The notes below the pieces were generated by a model, which saw only the letters and a list, made by a program, of their open reading frames with translations, was not told where the DNA came from and ran no database searches. A stretch of 64,000 nt of DNA from Myxococcota bacterium (lineage in GTDB: Bacteria; Myxococcota_A; Polyangia; Nannocystales; Nannocystaceae): positions 179,710 to 243,709 of the forward strand of contig JBCCHT010000014.1 in assembly GCA_039028615.1 (NCBI GenBank), written 5' to 3'. A program made the position numbers and the translations under genes. This document shows, in pieces, positions 27,051 through 34,940 of the stretch. Within the stretch, counting starts at the first letter, position 1, and each line of letters opens with the position of its first letter.

Positions 27051-28729
27051 GACGCCCGGCGGCGTGGCGTTGGGGGGCAGCCCTGCTGATGGCAGGGCTC
27101 ACGGTGGGGTGCCCAGACCCTCCCAAGGACCCCCCGCCCGCCGCCGAAGACAAGCCCTCCGAGTCGGGCACCACCCCCTTCGACGAGCGCGACGGGTTCG
27201 TCCGCGACGCGCACGTCAAAGCCCTGGGCGCCTTGCGCACCGAGGCCCTGCCCGCGCTGCGGCTCATCGATCCCGTCGCCGCCGCCCAGGCCGAGGACAC
27301 CCCGCTGCGACCGCCCGACTTCGGGCCCGCGCTGCGCGTCCCGCTGCGCAAGCCGCTGGAGAGTGCGCGACGTGAGGCGGCCGGCATCGATCACAGCTGG
27401 CTGCCGCCCGAAGACGGCGTGGTGCTGCGAACGATGCAGACCGGCCTGACCCAGGGCTTCCAACAAATCGGCCGGCCCATGTGGCGCGACGATCCCAGCG
27501 CGGTGCTCTACACCCTGGGTCCGTATCTCGACGCACTGTTCCGCGATGCCGCGGCGGGCAAGTGCGACGAAGGCTGTGGCATCGAAGCGCTCGCGTCTTC
27601 GCTGGAAGCGGGCTTCAACGCGGTGGGCTCCGCCAGCCTGTCCACCACGCAAACGGCTCATGGCGAACTTCATGCGCTGCGGGTGCGTCTGCAGAGTCTC
27701 GCCCGTGGCCCCGGGCCCGACGACACGCGAGCACCCACCCATCCGCTGGCCCGGGCGCAGGAAGAACTCCGCGCAGCCATCGCTCGCATCGATGCCAACC
27801 TGGCCAAGGCCGAGGCCACACTGCCCACCGCCGAGGAAGTGCCGTGGTCGTCGGTGCTGCCCCGTGCGGACGCGGACGCGTGGAAACGCCGCCCCGAGTC
27901 GTGGGGCGCCGACCGCCTGCGCGAGTGGCTGACCATCCACGAGGCCTACGGTCACGATGCCCAAGAGCTCTTCGAGCGTGCGTTGGCCACGGTGGCCCGA
28001 CTCGAGGCGATACGGGACCGGGACGCGGGCGCGCCCGACGAGAGCCCACCGCTGGCCCGCCCCTTCGACACGGCCGCGTGCGAGCAGGCCTTTGCTCCCA
28101 TCGACGCATGGGCCAAGGCCCAGCCCACCCACCTGCAGGTGGCGCTCGACTGCGAGGCCATCGTGCGCGAGCTCGGGCCCGAGCCCCGCAGCGACGCGGA
28201 GCTGCTGCTCGCGATCATCGATCGGGCGATCATCGATCCGACGCGACTGGCCCAGATCAAAGCCACTGGGGTCGACATCGCGCTCGTGCGGGGCCGCGCC
28301 GCGGCTGTGGCCCAGCGCTCGACCCTACAGGTGGCGGTTGCTGCCGCCACGAAGCACCGCGCGGCCGAGCTGCTGGCGCTGTCGCGGGCGCACCAGCGAA
28401 TCTGCGAGGCCGCCTCCGCCCTGTGGGTGCACGCGCAGCTCGGCTCCACCGAGGACCTGGGGACCAAGCTCGCGCCGTACGATTGCGGCGCTCCGACGGA
28501 CCTGGTCGCCGTGGCCAAGGCCAATCCGCTGGCCGCGCTCGAAGGCCTCGGCATGATGCTGCTGGGCCTGGGCCCCGCCGACGCCGCCGCCCTCGATCGC
28601 TACTGGTGGGCGCCGATGGGCCTCGTGCGCGACCTGGCCATACCGCCCGCCCCCAAGGTCGATGTGCCGCCCAACATGCGGGTGGAAGAGCTGACGCCCG
28701 AATCGATCCAAAAGGGCGCCGAGGGCTGA
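27047..28729 (+). CDS. Lipoprotein, possibly a degenerate DUF885-like protein
   Basis: ATG overlaps the glyA stop. Lipobox LTVGC, helical Ala/Leu-rich body. PDFGP, WRDDP and WGADRL...QELFE are reminiscent of DUF885. Confidence 0.6.
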   Translation: MRRPAAWRWGAALLMAGLTVGCPDPPKDPPPAAEDKPSESGTTPFDERDGFVRDAHVKALGALRTEALPALRLIDPVAAAQAEDTPLRPPDFGPALRVPLRKPLESARREAAGIDHSWLPPEDGVVLRTMQTGLTQGFQQIGRPMWRDDPSAVLYTLGPYLDALFRDAAAGKCDEGCGIEALASSLEAGFNAVGSASLSTTQTAHGELHALRVRLQSLARGPGPDDTRAPTHPLARAQEELRAAIARIDANLAKAEATLPTAEEVPWSSVLPRADADAWKRRPESWGADRLREWLTIHEAYGHDAQELFERALATVARLEAIRDRDAGAPDESPPLARPFDTAACEQAFAPIDAWAKAQPTHLQVALDCEAIVRELGPEPRSDAELLLAIIDRAIIDPTRLAQIKATGVDIALVRGRAAAVAQRSTLQVAVAAATKHRAAELLALSRAHQRICEAASALWVHAQLGSTEDLGTKLAPYDCGAPTDLVAVAKANPLAALEGLGMMLLGLGPADAAALDRYWWAPMGLVRDLAIPPAPKVDVPPNMRVEELTPESIQKGAEG

Positions 28730-28804
28730 GGCCTGTTCTCGAAAAATCCGTCCCTCGGGTGACCGACGCGTGATCGTTGGGCCCGCGGGGGGCACTACCG
28801 GTCG

Positions 28805-29299
28805 ATGAAACTACGAACCTTGGCCTTGCTGTCCGCCGTGCCGCTATTGGGCGCGCTCGCCTGCGAGCAGGTGTTGTCGTGCACCGACGCCGGCTGCGGC
28901 ACGCTGCTATCCATATCGATCGAAGGCCCCGCGCGGGACTTGGCGGCCGCCGTCTATGACCTCGAGCTCATCGTCGACGGCGAGACCCTCGACGCCAGCT
29001 GCGAGCTCGTCGATGGCGACTTCGCCTGCGATCCCTTCGACAACCCGAACCCCACCGGGCTGCGAGCCGAGGGCGTCCGGGGCGAAAACGACGCTCGCTT
29101 CATCCTGATCCGCACCTCCTTCGACGACCACGAAGAGGACGAGCGCCCGAGCACCCTGCAGCTTTCGGTGTGGCGCGACGGCGACCTCGTGGCCGAGCGC
29201 ATGCTCGAGCCCACCTATGAGACCTACTATCCCAACGGCGAACAGTGCGGCCCCGAGTGCGAGCGCACCGAGGAGCTGATGCCGGTCGTCGTCCCCTGA
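28805..29299 (+). CDS. Small lipoprotein, hypothetical
   Basis: MKLR start, hydrophobic stretch and ALAC lipobox. Paired Cys: CTDAGC and YPNGEQCGPEC. Confidence 0.75.
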   Translation: MKLRTLALLSAVPLLGALACEQVLSCTDAGCGTLLSISIEGPARDLAAAVYDLELIVDGETLDASCELVDGDFACDPFDNPNPTGLRAEGVRGENDARFILIRTSFDDHEEDERPSTLQLSVWRDGDLVAERMLEPTYETYYPNGEQCGPECERTEELMPVVVP

Positions 29300-29392
29300 A
29301 TCGCCGCTACGGGCCCGAACGCGGGCGTCTGGGACCGTCGGGCCGCCGCCGTCGAGCATGCCGACGCTCAGTTCGGGCATACTGCGACCGCC

Positions 29393-31219
29393 ATGCGTCC
29401 GCCTCCGTCCGAACTCGGCGTGCTCGACGACTCCGAGCGAGCACGCCTGGCCGCTGGCGAGCACGAGAGCCTGGCCACCGCACTGTCCGAGCAAGGCCGC
29501 AACGGCCTCGCGGGCTGGGTTCGGGAGCAGATCTGGGACTTCGAGGGCGCGGGCGCGGACTACCGCAAGGCCGAGCGATGGGTCGATGCCCTGCGCATGG
29601 CTCTCGAAGCGGGCGTCGCTCCGGCTCTCGATGCCCTGCTGCGCGACATCGAAGGCGCCCCCGAAGCCGAGTTCGAAGCGGCGGTGGCCCTGCTTCGCAA
29701 GCGGCGTCGCGACATGGAAGTGGCGCGGCTTCTGGCGAGCCGAGAAGCACCCCCCGAAGACCAGGCCGATGCGCTGCTGCGGGCGGGCAACCGACTGGGC
29801 GCGGCCCAGGCCCTGGCCGAAGGCGGCCGCCCCCGCGATGCCCTCGAGGCCCTGGCGCTCGGCGAACGAGACGGCACCGCCGAGGCGCTGGCCCTGGCCG
29901 CCCGGCTGTCGTGGGACCTGGGAGACGCTGAAGGAGCCGCTCGCCACGCCCAAGCCGCCCTGCACGCGGGCCTTCGCTCGCAGGAGCTGGCCGCTCTGCT
30001 CGCGCGTGCCCTGGGCTCGTTGGGCCATGACCTCGCCGCGCAGCTGGTGCTGCAGCGCCATGGCGCCCGGCCGAGCGACGATGCGGTGCCGGGCCGCTAC
30101 CGCGTGACCGGGCTGCTCACCGCCATCCTCGCGGGCGCGGCCTATGTGGGCGTCGACCGGCTGACCTTGCAGGAGGTCGAAATCCACCTGCTGCTCGCCG
30201 ATCAACCGGAGCCCATCGACCCGCGCATCGCCACCGCGATCGATCGGTTCATCGCCACCGCCCAGGCCGCGTCCGAAGTGGGGCACCCCGCCATTCGTCC
30301 CGTGCTGCGCACCGAGCCCGAGGCCGGCCTGCTGGTGCTGGCGCGGGCCGAGGCGCCGCCGCTGCGCGAGCTCATCCACCCTCCTGGACTCCGCGAGATT
30401 GCGCCCCGGGCCCGCGCCCTCGTGGCGTTCTTGCTCGAAGGCCTCGCCGCCGCGCACGACCGGGGCTTGGTGCACGGCTCCATCTTGCCCAGCCTGGTCG
30501 TGACCGATGCTCTCGGCCGCCCGCAGCTGGGCCCCTTCGGTGCGCACAACCTGGCTGGCTTGGCCGCGACCCACACCGGGGCCCTCGAGGAGCTCATGCT
30601 GATGACCGCGCCCGAGCTGCGCCGCGGCGGAGCCCCCCATGCCGCCAGCGACATCTATGCGGTGGGCATGCTGCTGCACGCGATGCTCGTGGGGAAGCTG
30701 GAGGCACCGGGCAACGACGAGCTGCTGGGAGACATCGAGCGCGACCTCATCGCGGAGATGACCGCCGAAGACCCCGCCGCTCGTCCGCCCGCCCGCGAGC
30801 TGCTCAGCCGACTCCGCGCCCCGGTGGCCGACCTGCGCACGCTCAGCGGGCAAACGGGAGCCTCCGCCTCGCGCTCTACCACCGAGGGGCTCGTGCGCAT
30901 GCAGGCGGGCGTCGAGATCGAGGCCGCCGACAGCTGGGCCCCCGAGGAGCTCGACGCCCTGTGTGCCGCCGAGAACCCGTGGCTCCAGTCGATCCTCGAC
31001 CGCTACGACCGCACGCTGGTGCTCGCCCCCTGGCCTGAGGACGCCCGCGTGCTCGACGAGACGGTGGCCGGCTGGCGCGGCCTCGTGCCCGTGCCTGCCC
31101 TGGCCTTCGAAGACCCTCTGCGCCGAGCCATCGAGTCCCGCCTCCGCCCCTCGTCCGTGGTGGTCGTGGGGGCCTCCGGCTCGCGCATGCTGGCCCTCGA
31201 CGATCTGCTGTCACGCTGA
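29393..31219 (+). CDS. TPR/helical-repeat protein with a degenerate Ser/Thr kinase (pseudokinase) domain
   Basis: GRYRV, HPAI, LVHGSILPSLV (HRD lost), LGPFG (DFG lost), MTAPE, SDIYAVG, DPAARP. Confidence 0.75.
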   Translation: MRPPPSELGVLDDSERARLAAGEHESLATALSEQGRNGLAGWVREQIWDFEGAGADYRKAERWVDALRMALEAGVAPALDALLRDIEGAPEAEFEAAVALLRKRRRDMEVARLLASREAPPEDQADALLRAGNRLGAAQALAEGGRPRDALEALALGERDGTAEALALAARLSWDLGDAEGAARHAQAALHAGLRSQELAALLARALGSLGHDLAAQLVLQRHGARPSDDAVPGRYRVTGLLTAILAGAAYVGVDRLTLQEVEIHLLLADQPEPIDPRIATAIDRFIATAQAASEVGHPAIRPVLRTEPEAGLLVLARAEAPPLRELIHPPGLREIAPRARALVAFLLEGLAAAHDRGLVHGSILPSLVVTDALGRPQLGPFGAHNLAGLAATHTGALEELMLMTAPELRRGGAPHAASDIYAVGMLLHAMLVGKLEAPGNDELLGDIERDLIAEMTAEDPAARPPARELLSRLRAPVADLRTLSGQTGASASRSTTEGLVRMQAGVEIEAADSWAPEELDALCAAENPWLQSILDRYDRTLVLAPWPEDARVLDETVAGWRGLVPVPALAFEDPLRRAIESRLRPSSVVVVGASGSRMLALDDLLSR

Positions 31220-31233
31220 CCCGGCGGGCGACC

Positions 31234-33018
31234 ATGACCGACGCTCCCTCCTCGCCGCCCGCCTGGCAACAGCGACTGCCCGTCGCCGGGCTGGCCCTGT
31301 TGCTGCTCGGCCTGGCGGCGATGGCCATCCCCGATCACATCCAGGCGGGCGACGCGGGGGAGTTCGCCACCGTCATGCTCGAAGGCGGCGTCCCCCACCC
31401 CTCCGGCTACCCGTGGATGCGCCTTTTGGGGTGGCCGGCCCGAGCCCTCGCCGCCCTCGGCATGCCGCCCACGCGCGCCGCCGCCTGGCCCTGTGCCCTG
31501 GCGGGCGTGGCCGCGTGGCTGCTGCTGTGGCCGGTCGTCGCTCGCTGGTCGAGCCGTGGAGCGGCCACCGTCTCCATCGCCGTGCTCGCCACCGCTTCGC
31601 CCGTACTGCTGCACGTCAACGACAGCGAGGTCTGGGGCCTGCACCTGCTCGGCTGCGCCGCGATCATCCGCGTGGCCTGCCGCGAGGACGTACGACCGTG
31701 GCAGCTCGGGCTCGTGTTCGGCCTCGCGGTCAGCCATCACCTCAGCGCCGTGCTCATGCTGCCGCTGGTGGTGGGCGCCGCCCTGCCCCGCCCCTTCGGC
31801 GGGCGCGCGCTGCTGTTGGCCGGAGCCCAGGGCGTGGCTTCCGGGGTCGCAGGCCTGTTGCCCTACGCCACCTTGATGCTCGGCTCCGGCGGGCCGTGGC
31901 GCTGGGGTGACACGGCGTCGGCGAGCGGCCTCGTCCATCACGTCTCGCGGGCGGACTACGGCGTCTTCCAGCTCAGCCTGCACGAAGAGACCCCCGCGGT
32001 GTGGTCGCAGTGGACCCGCGTGTTCGAGACGGTGGGCAATGCGGTCAGCGGCGGTCTCGCCAGCGGCGTCTGGGTCTCGCTGGCGCTCCTGGTGGTCGTC
32101 GCCGTGCTGGCGATCCGACGCCCGGCCAACGCCCGCCCCGCGGTGTGGTGGGGGCTGTGGGGCTCGCTCGCCGCCAGCACCCTGGCCTTTCCCGCCGCGC
32201 ACAACATCGATCCCACGAGCCCCTTCGGGGCGTGGATCCTCGAGCGCTTCGACCTGCTGACGATCCTGCTGTGGTCGGTGCCCTGGGCCGTGGCCGTGTC
32301 ACGAATAGCCGAGCGCCTGGATCACCGGGCGTCCCGCATCGTGCTCGTCGTCGCGGCCGTCGTCCTGCTCGCGACCCAAGTCGCCCGCAGCGTCGCCCGG
32401 GGCCTGCCCTCGAGCGACGCCGGGGTCGAGCGCTACGCCACCGACCTGCTGAAGACCCCCGCCCCCGGACAGCGAGCGTTGATCTTCGGCACCGACGACC
32501 ACCGCATCTTCCCGATCTTGTTCGCCCAGCACGTGCGTGGCGTCGGCGAAGACGTGCTGTACATCGACGCTTCGTTGCTCTCGCAGCGGTGGTACCGCGA
32601 GCATCTTCGCGCTCGCTGGCCACAGCTGCCCGAAGTCGAGATGCCGCTGAAGATGATGGGCGCGCTCTGGAGCAACCCGCAGACTCGCGACACACCCATC
32701 TACTTGGCCAACATGTTTTCGCGCCCCGCGACCCAACTGCCCATCGTTCCGCAGGGTGTGTTGTGGCGCGTCGTCCCCCCGGGCTCGCCCCCCATAACGC
32801 CACAAGCGGTCGTGGAGGAGCATTTGGCGGCCATCGAGCGCTACGGCCCGCCTCCGGTCGCGGAACGGTCCGACGCGCACCCGTGGACCCAGGACCTCTA
32901 CGCCGCCTACAATGAGGGAACCCGGCGGCTGCTGGCCGCCTTACACGCCGAGGGACGCGAGGCAGATGCCCGCGCGCTGCTCGACGATCTGGGCCCATGG
33001 GCACCCCCCCCTCGATGA
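31234..33018 (+). CDS. DUF2723/TMEM260-like GT-C membrane glycosyltransferase
   Basis: GDAGEF...GVPHPSGYP, SEVWGL, GLAVSHH and many transmembrane segments followed by a soluble C-terminal domain. Confidence 0.75.
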   Translation: MTDAPSSPPAWQQRLPVAGLALLLLGLAAMAIPDHIQAGDAGEFATVMLEGGVPHPSGYPWMRLLGWPARALAALGMPPTRAAAWPCALAGVAAWLLLWPVVARWSSRGAATVSIAVLATASPVLLHVNDSEVWGLHLLGCAAIIRVACREDVRPWQLGLVFGLAVSHHLSAVLMLPLVVGAALPRPFGGRALLLAGAQGVASGVAGLLPYATLMLGSGGPWRWGDTASASGLVHHVSRADYGVFQLSLHEETPAVWSQWTRVFETVGNAVSGGLASGVWVSLALLVVVAVLAIRRPANARPAVWWGLWGSLAASTLAFPAAHNIDPTSPFGAWILERFDLLTILLWSVPWAVAVSRIAERLDHRASRIVLVVAAVVLLATQVARSVARGLPSSDAGVERYATDLLKTPAPGQRALIFGTDDHRIFPILFAQHVRGVGEDVLYIDASLLSQRWYREHLRARWPQLPEVEMPLKMMGALWSNPQTRDTPIYLANMFSRPATQLPIVPQGVLWRVVPPGSPPITPQAVVEEHLAAIERYGPPPVAERSDAHPWTQDLYAAYNEGTRRLLAALHAEGREADARALLDDLGPWAPPPR

Positions 33019-33863
33019 CCGCACTGCAAGCGGAGCTGGACTTCATCCTCGACCTGGCCAACGACTGCGCCGAGGTCTCGATGCATTATTGGCGTCGAGG
33101 GATCAAAGTCCTCGGGCTGCGGGAAAAGCCGATGGGCGGCGGGTCCATCACCGTGGCCGACACGGAGATCAACGATCGCATCGTCGCCGCCCTGCGCTCG
33201 CGATTCCCCGACGACGGGGTCTTGGCCGAGGAGAGCGCCGACGACGGGCAATGGCGCGGCCGCCCCCGCTGCTGGTACGTCGACCCCATCGACGGCACCC
33301 GCGAGTTCGCCCTCGGACGGCCCTTCTGGACGATCCAGATCGGCCTGTGCGTCGCTGGGACCCCCACCCTGGGCGTCGTGTTCGAGCCCGCCTCGGGCCA
33401 TCGCAGCTGGGCCGTGCACTCCGACGCGCTGCGCGTCGCTCGACACATCGGACCCGACGGCGACGAGACCGACCTGACCCCCGAGACCGCCCCCCTCGAG
33501 GACATTCGCCTGATCGGCGGCTACCTGTTTCCCGGCTGTCGGCAGCTGGCGATCCGCAAGGCGCTGGACGTCGAGCCCGAGCGAGCCAAGGCCGTCGGCA
33601 GCGTGGGCGTGCGCGTGGCTTCCGTGGCGCGGGGCGACGCCCATCTTTACGTCCAGGCGCCGGGGCACACGAAGATGTGGGACACCTGCGCTCCCGCTGC
33701 GCTCGTGCTCGCGGCGGGAGGACGGATCACCGATCTCCGCGGGCAGCCGCTGGACTACGACGCCGAGGCAGTCACCCATCCCTGCGGTGTCCTCGCCAGC
33801 CAGGGCGGACTCCACGACGAGATCGTGCGGCGCATCGACCCCTTGCTCGAAGACTGGCGCTGA
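33015..33863 (+). CDS. Inositol monophosphatase / CysQ family phosphatase
   Basis: TVADTE, LAEES, WYVDPIDGTREF, WDTCA. ATG 33015 overlaps the upstream stop (ATGA). Confidence 0.9.
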   Translation: MTALQAELDFILDLANDCAEVSMHYWRRGIKVLGLREKPMGGGSITVADTEINDRIVAALRSRFPDDGVLAEESADDGQWRGRPRCWYVDPIDGTREFALGRPFWTIQIGLCVAGTPTLGVVFEPASGHRSWAVHSDALRVARHIGPDGDETDLTPETAPLEDIRLIGGYLFPGCRQLAIRKALDVEPERAKAVGSVGVRVASVARGDAHLYVQAPGHTKMWDTCAPAALVLAAGGRITDLRGQPLDYDAEAVTHPCGVLASQGGLHDEIVRRIDPLLEDWR

Positions 33864-33966
33864 GCCCCCGCCTCGCCCGGGTGAGCCGCAACATCGGCGC
33901 TCGGAGGGCATGTTCGACGTTCCACGCGGCTGCCGCGTCTTTTCCGCCCCATCTCGAATCAATTTA

Positions 33967-33980
33967 CTTGCCTAGGCAAG
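33967..33980. promoter_or_regulatory. Perfect 14-bp palindrome, probable MarR operator overlapping the -35 box
   Basis: CTTGCCTAGGCAAG. It overlaps TTGCCT(33968)-17nt-CAGACT(33991)-6nt-ATG 34003. Confidence 0.7.
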
Positions 33981-34002
33981 CACCTCCTCTCAGACTCACC
34001 GC

Positions 34003-34503
34003 ATGACGCCCCATGCCGGCTACCAGCCCTCGCGCTCGCCCCTGCTCGCCGCCCAACGGCGCATCGGCCAGTGGAGCGTGGGCCGAAAGCTCATCTCGCG
34101 AGTCGTGTGCCACAAGGCGCCGTACTTCAGCAGCATCGCGCCCACGTTCACCGTGCTCGAGCCGGGCCACGTCGAAGCCACCATTCGCAACCGACGCCGC
34201 GTGCAGAACCACATCGGCTCGGTCCACGCGATCGCCATGTGCAACCTCGCCGAGTTCGTCGGCGGCACCACCATGGAGCTGTCGCTCGATGCCCGCCTGC
34301 GGTGGATCCCGGTGGGCATGCAGGTGAAGTATCAGTCGATCGCCCGCTCCGATCTGCGAGCCGTGTGCAAGCTGCCGCGGTACGACTGGGACGAGCCGCA
34401 GGACGTCGTCGCCCCGGTGGTGGTACTCGACGACGAGGGTACCGAGGTCTTCGTGGCCGACATCGACATGCGCATCTCGCTGCGGAAGCGGAAGAGCGCT
34501 TGA
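34003..34503 (+). CDS. Hotdog-fold protein (DUF4442/PaaI thioesterase-like)
   Basis: KAPYFSSIAP, VQNHIGSVHAIAMCNLAE, WIPVGMQVKY. Confidence 0.85.
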   Translation: MTPHAGYQPSRSPLLAAQRRIGQWSVGRKLISRVVCHKAPYFSSIAPTFTVLEPGHVEATIRNRRRVQNHIGSVHAIAMCNLAEFVGGTTMELSLDARLRWIPVGMQVKYQSIARSDLRAVCKLPRYDWDEPQDVVAPVVVLDDEGTEVFVADIDMRISLRKRKSA

Positions 34504-34940
34504 GCAAGCGCGCCGGACCGCGGCTGTTCTTCTTGCTGAACCGGGCGCGGCAGTCGTTGTTCGGGCGGCTGAACCGAGAGACCACCGCGCGACTCGACGT
34601 GACCGTGTCGCAGCTGTCGGCCCTGTTCGCGCTGGGCTCGGGGGCGATGCCCACCGGAGCGCTGGCGCGACGGCTCGAGCTGGACGCGGGCGCCACGACC
34701 CGCGCGGTGGCGAGGCTGACCGCCAAGGGCCTGGTCGAGTCCCGGCCCGATCCCTCCGACGGCCGCCGTCGCGTGGTGCAGCTGACCGAAGCGGGGGCGA
34801 AGCGCCGAGAGCAAGGCGTCCACGAGCTGACGCGGGCGAATGCCCTGCTCCACGAGGGCTTCTCCGAGGCCGAGATCGAGGTCGTGGCGCGCTTTTTGGA
34901 GCACGTCGCGACGCTCGGCCAGTCGGACGACGACGACTAG
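34500..34940 (+). CDS. MarR-family transcriptional regulator
   Basis: TTG start overlaps the upstream stop. LARRLELDAGATTRAVARLTAKGLV...DGRRRVVQLTEAG winged helix-turn-helix. Confidence 0.9.
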   Translation: MSKRAGPRLFFLLNRARQSLFGRLNRETTARLDVTVSQLSALFALGSGAMPTGALARRLELDAGATTRAVARLTAKGLVESRPDPSDGRRRVVQLTEAGAKRREQGVHELTRANALLHEGFSEAEIEVVARFLEHVATLGQSDDDD

